From Macrostomum lignano (Eukaryota): a stretch of DNA of 64,000 bases. The notes beneath the pieces are model-generated. The model had not been told where the DNA came from. It ran no database searches and saw nothing but the letters and a program-made list of their open reading frames with translations. The translations under genes were made by a program, and so were the position numbers. Location of the stretch: the NCBI GenBank assembly GCA_002269645.1, contig NIVC01002543.1:62001-126000 (forward strand), in the 5' to 3' direction. Below are positions 36,116 through 47,500 of this stretch, in pieces. Position 1 is the first letter of the stretch. Each line of letters opens with the position of its first letter.

Positions 36116-39100
36116 CTACAGGTAGGCGGCAGGTAAGTATGCTCAAACTTTCATTAGGATTCCCTTAAAGACGAAGCGGCAATGCGCCTGGCCCAAGGAC
36201 TACTTAAGTAAAGGGAATGGAAACTACGGTTCTTGGAACATTATCAGGCAGGCTTTATCAAAAAAATACTATATGGAGATTGGATTTCATTTGATCAGCA
36301 CAAAAAATTGTCATTGCTTTTGATAGGAAGTAGACCCAATGTTTATTTCGTATGTCTTGTCTTTGTTAAAGCTCTATTGATATTCACAAAGCTTTTCGTT
36401 TAGAAAATTAGGATTCTATGTTAGTTTTATTAACTTTATTAACGGCTGACTTTGACATAGGTAACCCGTTGAAAACGCTAGAGAGTGATAGCAAACAACC
36501 CACTAGTCACTCGAACGACTCTTAATGTGGCTTTTTAACGACTCAAAAACGACTGTAATGCGACGGAGAGGTGACTGTTGAGTCACAAACGCATCACGCG
36601 AGAATCGTAAGAGTCGCGGAAAAAGTCATTCAAGAGTCTTTGTGTTAGCGCGTAACTTTCGAAATGACTCTATACATTTCGCAGACAATAAAACGCCCCA
36701 AATTGATTTTTTGGCGACTTGTTCTGGGACATCTTGGTCGTTTTAGAGTCGTCTAGAGTCATTTCTTTGCTACGTCGTATTCTACATGCGTTAACTCTGA
36801 AACGATTCTGGGGCGACGCAAGCGACTCTGGGACGCTTCTTGGCCTGGGTACCGTTTTCATCGGGTAATGGTTAGCACTGGCCATCTATAGGTTGCGAAT
36901 AGGGAGTGTCTATAAATAAACAAATCAATTCCTTGGCTGGCACAGAGGGAGTCAAATTTTACCGCTAGGTAGCTAATAGCTACAAAGCCAGGCTCCACTG
37001 GATCGATGCAGTCAAACTGGCGCACCTCATAAGGCTGGAAAATCAATGTAATCCAATCTATAATACTTCTCTCTCACCTGTCCTAATAGGAGCTGAGTCA
37101 TTGACAGGCAGCCAGTGTAGGCAGCGTGGTGCAGAGCAGTCATGCCCTGCTTGTCAGTCTTGCTGGCTGAGCTGCCGGCGGCCAGAAGCAGGGCTGCCAG
37201 GCCCACTCCGCTGGCGCCCAGCTCGGCGGCAATCATGAGCGGCGTCATGCCGATCTGGTCGGTGTCCTCCAGCCGCAACGACTCCGACTTCAGCAGGGCG
37301 CCAACTACCGCCTCGCGTCGGTCCTTCACCGCTGAGGTGAGCGCCGTGTCGCCGCTCTCGCTTTTCAGGTTGACATTGACGCTGGGGAACTGAACCATCT
37401 CGGCGGCGATCTGGGCGCTGGCCCGGTGCAGCGGGGCCAGGCCGTCGGTGTCCAGCAGGTTGGGATTGCAGTCGTTTTGCAGCAGGGCTCGGCAGGTGGC
37501 GCGGTACTTCTCAGAGGTCTGCGTGGCTATGAGGTGCAGCCCCGTTTGCAAGTGCTGGTTGCGCATGTTCACGTCCGCGTTGGACTTCACCTGGACGGAT
37601 GGGGGTTGGGTGCTCAATAATCCTGTTGGTGGGGACTAAAGATCTGGGAGGGTGGGGACTCGATCTGGGATCTGAGAGGGGGTGGAGACAATCTAGGGAT
37701 CTGGGAGGGACTCGATCTAGGGATCTAGGAGGGTGGGGATTCGATGTAGGGATCTAAGAGGGTTGGATACTTAATCTAGGGATCTGGGAGGGTTGGGGAC
37801 TCAATCTAGGGATCTGGGAAGGTGGGGATTCGATGTAGGGACCTAAGAGGGTAGGAGACTAATATAAAGATCTGGGAGGGTTGGGGACTCAATCTAGGGA
37901 TTTGGGAGGGTTGTAGACTCAATCTAGGGATTTGGGAGGGTTGGGGACTCAATCTAAGGATCCGGGAGGTTTGGAGACTTAATCTAGGGATCTGGGAGGG
38001 TGAGGATTCAATGTAGGGACCTAAGAGGGTAGGAGACTAATATAAAGATCTGGGAGGGTTGGGGACTCATTCTAAGGATTTGGGAGGGTTGTAGACTCAA
38101 TCTAGGGATCTGGGACGGTGGGGACTCAATCTAAGGATCTGGGAGGGTTGGGGACTCAATCTAGGGATCTTGGAAGGTGGGGATTCGATGTAGGGACCTA
38201 AGAGGGTAGGAGACTAATATAAAGATCTGGGAGGGTTGGGGACTCAATCTAGGGATTTGGGAGGGTTGTAGACTCAATCTAGGGATCTGGGAGGGTGGGG
38301 ATTCAATGTAGGGACCTAAGAGGGTAGGATACTTAATATAAAGATCTGGGAGGGTTGGGGACTCAATCTAGGGATTTGGGAGGGTTGGGGACTCAATCTA
38401 AGGATCCGGGAGGTTTGGAGACTTAATCTAGGGATCTGGGAGGGTTGAGGACTCAATCTAGGGATCTGGGAGGTTTGGGGACTCAATCTAGGGATCTGGG
38501 AAGGTGGGGATTCGATGTAGGGATCTAGGAGGGTTGGAGACTTAATCCAGGGATCTGGGAGGGTGAGGATTCAATGTAGGGACCTAAGAGGGTAGGAGAC
38601 TAATATAAAGATCTGGGAGGGTTGGGGACTCAATCTAGGGATTTGGGAGGGTTGTAGACTCAATCTAGGGATCTGGGAGGGTTGGGGACTCAATCTAAGG
38701 ATCCGGGAGGTTTGGAGACTTAATCTAGGGATCTGGGAGGGTGAGGATTCAATGTAGGGACCTAAGAGGGTAGGAGACTAATATAAAGATCTGGGAGGGT
38801 TGGGGACTCATTCTAAGGATTTGGGAGGGTTGTAGACTCAATCTAGGGATCTGGGACGGTGGGGACTCAATCTAAGGATCTGGGAGGGTTGGGGACTCAA
38901 TCTAGGGATCTGGGAAGGTGGGGATTCGATGTAGGGACCTAAGAGGGTAGGAGACTAATATAAAGATCTGGGAGGGTTGGGGACTCAATCTAGGGATTTG
39001 GGAGGGTTGGGGACTCAATCTAGGGATCTGGGACAGTGGGGACTCATTCCAAGGATCTGGGAGGGTTGAGGACTCAATCTAGGGATCTGGGAGGGTTGGG

Positions 39101-42100
39101 GACTCAATCTAGGGATCTGGGAAGGTGGGGATTCGATGTAGGGATCTAGGAGGGTTGGAGACTTAATCCAGAGATCTGGGAGGGTGGGGATTCAATGTAG
39201 GGATCTAAGAGGGTTGGATACTTAATCTAGGGATCTGGGAGGGTTGGGGACTCAATCTAAGGATCCGGGAGGTTTGGAGACTTAATCTAGGGATCTGGGA
39301 CGGTGGGGACTCAATCCAAGGATCTGGGAGGGTTGAGGACTCAATCTAGGGATCCGGGAGGGTTGAGGACTCAATCTAGGGATCTGGGAGGGTTGGGGAC
39401 TCAATCTAGGGATCTGGGAGGGTTGGGGACTCAATCTAGGGATCCGGGAGGGTTGAGGACTCAATCTAGGGATCTGGGAGGGTTGAGGACTCAATCTAGG
39501 GATCCGGGAGGGTTGAGGACTCAATCTAGGGATTTGGGAGGGTTGAGGACTCAATCTAGGGATCCGGGAGGGTTGGGGACTCAATCTAGGGATCTGGGAG
39601 GGTTGAGGACTCAATCTAGGGATCCTGGAGGGTTGGGGACTCAATCTAGGGATCTGGGAGGGTTGAGGACTCAATCTAGGGATCTGGGAGGGTTGAGGAC
39701 TCAATCTAGGGATCTGGGACGGTGGGGACTCAATCTAAGGATCTGGGAGGGCTGGGGACTCAATCTAGGGATCTGGGAGGGTTGAGGACTCAATCTAGGG
39801 ATTTGGGAGGGTTGAGGACTCAATCTAGGGATCCGGGAGGGTTGAGGACTCAATCTAGGGATCCGGGAGGGTTGGGGACTCAATCTAGGGATCTGGGAGG
39901 GTTGAGGACTCAATCTAGGGATCTGGGACGGTGGGGACTCAATCTAAGGATCTGGGAGGGCTGGGGACTCAATCTAGGGATCTGGGAGGGTTGAGGACTC
40001 AATCTAGGGATCTGGGAGGGTTGAGGACTCAATCTAGGGATCCGGGAGGGTTGAGGACTCAATCTAGGGATCCGGGAGGGTTGAGGACTCAATCTAGGGA
40101 TCTGGGAGGGTTGAGGACTCAATCTAGGGATCCGGGAGGGTTGAGGACTCAATCTAGGGATCTGGGAGGGTTGGGGACTCAATCTAGGGATCTGGGAGGG
40201 TTGGGGACTCAATCTAGGGATCCGGGAGGGTTGAGGACTCAATCTAGGGATCTGGGAGGGTTGAGGACTCAATCTAGGGATCCGGGAGGGTTGAGGACTC
40301 AATCTAGGGATTTGGGAGGGTTGAGGACTCAATCTAGGGATCCGGGAGGGTTGGGGACTCAATCTAGGGATCTGGGAGGGTTGAGGACTCAATCTAGGGA
40401 TCCTGGAGGGTTGGGGACTCAATCTAGGGATCTGGGAGGGTTGAGGACTCAATCTAGGGATCTGGGAGGGTTGAGGACTCAATCTAGGGATCTGGGACGG
40501 TGGGGACTCAATCTAAGGATCTGGGAGGGCTGGGGACTCAATCTAGGGATCTGGGAGGGTTGAGGACTCAATCTAGGGATTTGGGAGGGTTGAGGACTCA
40601 ATCTAGGGATCCGGGAGGGTTGGGGACTCAATCTAGGGATCCGGGAGGGTTGGGGACTCAATCTAGGGATCTGGGAGGGTTGAGGACTCAATCTAGGGAT
40701 CTGGGACGGTGGGGACTCAATCTAAGGATCTGGGAGGGCTGGGGACTCAATCTAGGGATCTGGGAGGGTTGAGGACTCAATCTAGGGATCTGGGAGGGTT
40801 GAGGACTCAATCTAGGGATCCGGGAGGGTTGAGGACTCAATCTAGGGATCCGGGAGGGTTGAGGACTCAATCTAGGGATCTGGGAGGGTTGAGGACTCAA
40901 TCTAGGGATCCGGGAGGGTTGAGGACTCAATCTAGGGATCTGGGAGGGTTGGGGACTCAATCTAGGGATCTGGGAGGGTTGGGGACTCAATCTAGGGATC
41001 CGGGAGGGTTGAGGACTCAATCTAGGGATCTGGGAGGGTTGAGGACTCAATCTAGGGATCCGGGAGGGTTGAGGACTCAATCTAGGGATTTGGGAGGGTT
41101 GAGGACTCAATCTAGGGATCCGGGAGGGTTGGGGACTCAATCTAGGGATCTGGGAGGGTTGAGGACTCAATCTAGGGATCCTGGAGGGTTGGGGACTCAA
41201 TCTAGGGATCTGGGAGGGTTGAGGACTCAATCTAGGGATCTGGGAGGGTTGAGGACTCAATCTAGGGATCTGGGACGGTGGGGACTCAATCTAAGGATCT
41301 GGGAGGGCTGGGGACTCAATCTAGGGATCTGGGAGGGTTGAGGACTCAATCTAAGGATTTGGGAGGGTTGAGGACTCAATCTAGGGATCCGGGAGGGTTG
41401 GGGACTCAATCTAGGGATCCGGGAGGGTTGGGGACTCAATCTAGGGATCTGGGAGGGTTGAGGACTCAATCTAGGGATCTGGGACGGTGGGGACTCAATC
41501 TAAGGATCTGGGAGGGCTGGGGACTCAATCTAGGGATCTGGGAGGGTTGAGGACTCAATCTAGGGATCTGGGAGGGTTGAGGACTCAATCTAGGGATCCG
41601 GGAGGGTTGAGGACTCAATCTAGGGATCCGGGAGGGTTGAGGACTCAATCTAGGGATCTGGGAGGGTTGAGGACTCAATCTAGGGATCCGGGAGGGTTGA
41701 GGACTCAATCTAGGGATCCGGGAGGGTTGAGGACTCAATCTAGGGATCCGGGAGGGTTGAGGACTCAATCTAGGGATCTGGGAGGGTTGAGGACTCAATC
41801 TAGGGATCCGGGAGGGTTGAGGACTCAATCTAGGGATCCGGGAGGGTTGAGGATTCGATGTAGGGAGGGTAGAAAAATTGAGAGCCTGGAAGGTTAACCA
41901 GAGAAGAAGTGCAGTATCGAACATGCTTCTGTGGCTGGCATAGTTAATCTAACAAACAACTGACCAGCAGTTCGATAATTTCAGTCCGTCCATAAGTTGC
42001 AGCCTGCAGCAGCGGGTAGGTTGGCGCATCGTACACGTGTATGTTGGCGCCAGCCTTCAACAACAGCTTGACCATCTGCACGTGGCCGAGTTCGACGGCC

Positions 42101-42276
42101 AAATTAAGGGGACAGACGCCGTCAATAACCATGCTGGGATCCACATCGTTGGGATAAGAGAACAGATAAGTCAGGGTTTCAACATTGTTAGAGCGGATGG
42201 CGCCGCGCAGCAACCAGGGTATTTGCTGCTTGGAGATCTGCGGCTTGTGGCGGTGCTTAGAGTAGCGCTGGCCCAT
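35354..42276 (-). CDS. Ankyrin repeat and SOCS box-containing protein (ASB-like), 528 aa, 3 exons
   Basis: Exons 42276-41965, 37590-37078, 36115-35354, all phase 0 with GT-AG introns; 1587 nt. Multiple TPLH/GxxxxV ankyrin motifs. C-terminal SOCS box: BC box SLKRLCRNEI and Cul5-type LPLP. The orthologue number cannot be assigned by eye. Confidence 0.92.
36500..36830. other. GACTC/GAGTC-rich inverted-repeat element in ASB intron 2 (MITE-like)
   Basis: ACGACTCAAAAACGAC (36538-36553) matches the reverse complement of GTCGTTTTAGAGTCGT (36737-36752) at 15/16; many dispersed GACTC/GAGTC motifs. Confidence 0.4.
37078..37590 (-). CDS. ASB-like exon 2 (ankyrin repeats)
   Basis: Acceptor CCGTCCAG|GTG, donor CAG|GTGAGA; GMTPLMIAA, GMTALHHAA. 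Confidence 0.92.
37630..41870. repeat. 30-bp G-rich intronic minisatellite (GRGGACTCAATCTAGGGATCTGGGAGGGTT)n, ~140 copies, 778-bp higher-order repeat
   Basis: Fills most of ASB intron 1 (37591-41964). Marker GGGACGGTGGGG recurs at 209/569-bp spacing (ORF starts 39722, 39931, 40500, 40709, 41278, 41487). Confidence 0.97.
41965..42276 (-). CDS. ASB-like exon 1 (MGQRYSK..., first ankyrin repeats)
   Basis: CPLNLAVELGHVQMVKLLLKAGAN; donor CTG|GTCAGT. Confidence 0.88.
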
Positions 42277-44403
42277 CTGCCTGGCAACAGCCGCATGTGC
42301 TGCAGAATGCAATTTCGAGTAGCAGACATTCGCAACAAGTTTTTGGCTTTTATAAGCAGATTAAATCATATATATATTGGATTCATATATATTTTAAAGA
42401 TATTTATAGGTAGGAAATACCTGACCCACTACAAAACGCCAGCTGTGTGAACTAGAGTTCAGCTTAATTGGCTATTTTATCACTGCAACTACCTTGAAAA
42501 GTAACACTAAGACTATTTTAACTGCATACTAACCATGACCAATCATTTTTAACTCAGCATTGGTAATGAACACTCTAATGCAATAGGCTATCAACCTCAT
42601 TACATGGAATATTCTTAACAAAATATTTACCCATATAAAATGCTAAACAAGGACCACTAGTATAACAGGATAGAAAACTCAAAGATTGTTTAATTTTTGG
42701 AGGCCAATTTTCTAGAAAAAAATATTTTTTATCACAAAATCAATAATTGAATTTGAGATAAGACAGTGAAGATTATCATTCTTTTAATTTAGCATTGGAT
42801 AACATGCTATTCTGTTGTAGTTTAGAGTTGTGCATTTGAGTTGTATTTTAAAGATATTAATTTTTAAGCTAAATATAAGCCTAGATTTTATCACAAATAT
42901 AATTGAATCAAGAAGAAACAAAACAAGTTTAGCCTATGCCACCTATGAGTATTAATATAACTATTAAACAAGTATTCTAAGCCTGTTTTATGTCTAACAT
43001 AAAAAGTATATTTTAAAATTTGTAACTTATTATAGAAGAAACAAGATATATATGGCTAATAAAAAAGAGATATCATAATGAAAATGTTATAAATATATTA
43101 TCCAAAGTAATTATCAATAAGAAGCCATATTTGAATTTGGATATCATTATTTTCTAATAATTTAAAACATTTTAAATGATTAGTCACATAATCATATTAT
43201 CTCAAACTATGCAATACAAGTCTAGCCATATAGTAGGTTTAGTATAATAGATGTTTTTACTAGTAAAGATAGGAGCCTAAGCTTTAATTGATTCTAAAAT
43301 ATTAGAATTCTATAAAAATTTCAAATTTCTAAAAAGGAATCTAGCATTTATTTGTATCATTATTAAAATTTTTATAAAAATAAGAATATTATAAAAAATA
43401 ATTTATGGTATAAATATATTTGACAATTTTTACTATTACAGTAGGCTAGGCCTATCCATTTAAATATTAGAATGGCTAATTTTATTGTCCACATTTAAGA
43501 CAAATATGCTTATGCTATCTGGGCTTAAGGTTATAACTTAATGTAAACATATAAGTAGTGAATGTGAAAAACTTATTTCTATAATCATTATACATAAAGA
43601 AGCAAATAGTTATTTTATGGTCATGGGTGCCAGTGGGGGGAATTTCATTTATATAAATATATAAAATTATGTTAAGTAGGCTAGCTAAAGTCAATGAAAA
43701 GAACCACTAGAACATACCATTGCAATAATACATTTCTATATATTTTTTAATTTAATAGCCTCTTTATTATTTGAACTGCAAGTTTGTTATTTAGATGTTA
43801 ATTTAGATAGCAAATTTAGATTCTATTTGTTTTATGTGTTGACCATTAAAATAACTGTATTTATATGGTCACTATAGCAATAACAACTGCCTATAATTAA
43901 AATATAATATAACTATATTATATAGACTGAGTAATTGATACACATGTTTAAGCAGGCCTAACATTTTACTATTAATTTTATTATACAAAGTTATTTAAAA
44001 ATCTTTCTTTAAGTAATTGACTTTTAAACTAGAGTACATTACCCATTACCGAATCCACTCATATGCTAAAATATTCGACTACACTGTAGCACAGAAGTGG
44101 AACTGGATACTTTAGAAAGCTTCTATTATATCGAATCAATTATTTAAGCCAATTTCAGCTAATATTATTGTAATTTAAAAATTATCAAAACGATAGACGC
44201 GTTGTAAGTTATAACAAAGTCGACTAAATTTTTATGTATAATGCAGGATACTATTTCTTAAACGTCATAAAAATCTAATTTTGTATGTTTTGACTAAAAT
44301 AAACTTCTTTAAACAACTAATGTATTTGCTTACAGTGGATACTGCGCGCAAATTGTAGATTTCCATTTCTCAGCATTTTTTCATCGTCACTGCAAAGATC
44401 ACC
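42277..44403. promoter_or_regulatory. AT-rich head-to-head intergenic region, putative shared promoter or outron region of ASB-like and FAM184
   Basis: Divergent ATGs at 42276 (-) and 44404 (+); visibly AT-rich. Acceptor-like TTGCATTCTGCAG (-) and CATTTCTCAG (+) lie shortly upstream of the two ATGs. Confidence 0.45.
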
Positions 44404-44529
44404 ATGTCGGCCACGACTGCCGGCTACAAGATGTCTGAAAAGCAATATGCTAGCGGCAACTTCACAAGTGATGAAGTTCCGCATGAGATTCATGTGAAAA
44501 TGAGCAAGAAAATTGCTCAGCTTACCAAG
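44404..44529 (+). CDS. FAM184A: FAM184 exon 1
   Basis: ACCATG start; ...MSKKIAQLTK|GTAAGG. Confidence 0.9.
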
Positions 44530-47500
44530 GTAAGGCAAGGGCTAGCTTTAAAAAATAACATTAGCTCAAACATTGCGCTACTGATAAAAATTCGTTTGCA
44601 CCTGCGTCACTTACAGTTCAATTCTGATTGCAAGCCCATTTTCTGCTTTGAACCTTTCTAAACGCTAATAAGTATTGAACGGGTGTACAATCTAAAGCAA
44701 CACGCGAATACTTAAGTTGTAGTCTTGTAGACTGTGCAATGCAGAATTATGTAAACACTACCATGAAGTATGAGATATGTGAACATAAACATTGCAACTC
44801 TAATTTATAACAGCAATTCAGCTCGTAAATTGCTTCACTTTACCAGAAATTTGAAATAATTCTTCCATTTTTACTTTTTGTTGCAAAACTTGATACAGAC
44901 AATATTGTTCGTCTTCTATATAATTTAATAAACATTGAATAGATTCAAAATATTCAATAAGCAAATTTTTCTGCTACTTTTAATCACAATTGAAAAAGTT
45001 ATGCTGTTATTCTTATTTAACCAGCAGGGAATTTCAGCCCAAATCATCATAGATCAAGGCAAGATGCGATTTTTATTTATCTTATCACAGAAGTAAACAG
45101 TTCAAAGCTGAAATCCTTCCTGCAGTGTGCTCTTTCATGATAATCAAATGTTTTAAAAAGTCACAGAGTTCTCATCTAAAATTGCTTCTTGGCCTCTATT
45201 CTCACTAATCAATCGCACGTTGAGTATACATTTTCACTAATAAAACTGTTAGTATTTATATAATTCATATAATTCATAAGGACAATAACCGAAGGTTGAT
45301 AATACATAAAACTTAAAGTACGAGTAAATTCAACATTTTTAAATTCCTGATCGAAGTGTATGTAGCGAGACAGCACCGCAATCAAGTAAATAGTTATTTG
45401 AAGCTGGAAGAAACAGCTAACAAGCGTATGACAAAATGAACATAGTTTTAAAATATTATATTTAATTTCTTAGAAAATTATTTTTTACTTCTTCATTTCT
45501 TTGAAACCATTGTTAATTTCATTAATTATTGTTATATTGTTATATTGTTATATATTATTATTGTTATTGATCATTTATTATATAATTTCTTGATTATTTT
45601 CAAGTCAAACATCATTGCTCAATGTTTTCTTTCTCCTCAATCAGCAGAAGCCAATTACGAATATCCTCACTGCGCATAAAAATCAGCTGTAACAATTTAT
45701 AAATCGCCATGAATAAATAATGGCATGCAAAACAACCAATTCTGGCACAAAGCATTGCTGTGCATTGCTGACTCGGGCACCCGATTGCCTCATTCAACTT
45801 CACCAGGTGATCTACGCACTCAACACGAAGAACGATGAGCACGAAGCTCTGGTGGACGCCCTCAAAAAACAGCACGCGGCCGAGCTGGAGAAAGTCCTGG
45901 CCAGCAGCCGGGAGAAGCTGGCCCGTTGCCAGAGCCTCATCGGTCAGGACAGCGAGTACAGGCGGCGCATCGGCCAACTGGAGGGCTCGCTGGCCGAGGC
46001 GCAAGAGCGGCAGGCGGCCAGTCAGCGCGAATTCGCCGACTTCAAAGTTCGAGCTGAGAGCCGCGAAAGAGAGCTGGCGCAGCAGCAGGCGCAAAAGGTT
46101 GGCTGGCCGGACTGAATGCCTGGCTTGAAATGCTTGTGAAGCCAGTTGGCTATGGATGTTGAGTTTCCTAAATCCTAGCTAAGGACTCAGGACTTATACA
46201 GCTGAGTATCTCGAAGAAAATCAGGATGAAATCCGTTCATCCCATTTCATGATGTTGGGTGTTGAAAATCGCGAAAATCAATGACGGAATTTAAGCTCCA
46301 GAACAACCATCGAACGCAGATGTCTCTGGTGAGCACACAATCCTGACACCACAAATCTGACATCATAATCCTGACACCACAAATCTGACACCATAATCCT
46401 GACACCACAAATCTGAAAACACAAACCTGACACCACAAACCTGACACCACAAATCTGACACCACAAACCTGACACCACAAACCTGACACCACAAATCTGA
46501 CACCACAAACCTGACACCACAAACCTGACACCACAAGTCTGACACCACAAACCTGACACCACAAACCTGACACCACAAGTCTGACACCACAAACCTGACA
46601 CCACAAATCTGACACCACAAGTCTGACACCACAAATCTGACACCACAAGTCTGACACCATAAATCTGAAAACCACAAACCTGACACCATAAATCTGAAAA
46701 CCACAAACCTGACACCACAAACCTGACACCACAAACCTGACACCACAAACCTGACACCACAAACCTGACACCACAAACCTGACACCACAAACCTGACACC
46801 ACAAACCTGACACCACAAACGTGACACCACAAATGTGACACCACAAACCTGACACCACAAACCTGACACCACAAATGTGACACCACAAACCTGACCCCAC
46901 AAATCTGAAAACCACAAATCTGACACCACAAACCTGACACCACAAATGTGACACCACAAACCTGACACCACAAAACAAAACCAAAAACCTGACACCACAA
47001 ATCTGATAACCACAAACCTGACAATCACAAACCTGACACCACAAACGTGACACCACAAACGTGACACCAGAAATCTGACAACCACAAACCTGACACCACA
47101 AACCTAACACCAAAAACCTGACACCAGAAATCTGACAACCACAAACCTGACACCACAAACCTGACACCAAAAACCTGACACCAGAAATCTGACAACCACA
47201 AACCTGACACCACAAATGTGACACCACAAACCTGACACCACAAAACAAAACCAAAAACCTGACACCATAAATCTGAAAACCACAAACCTGACACCACAAA
47301 CCTGACACCACACTCCTGACACCACAAACCTGACACCACAAACCTGACACCACAAACCTGACACCACAAATGTGACACCACAAACCTGACACCACAAACC
47401 TGATGCCACCGAGTTGGAGAGTTTGAATGGAAAGAACAGTTTTGGTCTTCAGTTTCCACATGCGTCACCATCATGGAACGCGTTGACGGAATGAAGTTCT

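Noticed and set aside
39282-41924. (LSPQPSQIPR)n and (LRTQSRDLGG)n ORFs
   Set aside because: Read-throughs of the 30-bp array inside ASB intron 1.
46247-47474. Cys/Trp/Val-rich minus-strand ORFs
   Set aside because: Read-throughs of the 14-bp intronic array, antisense to FAM184.
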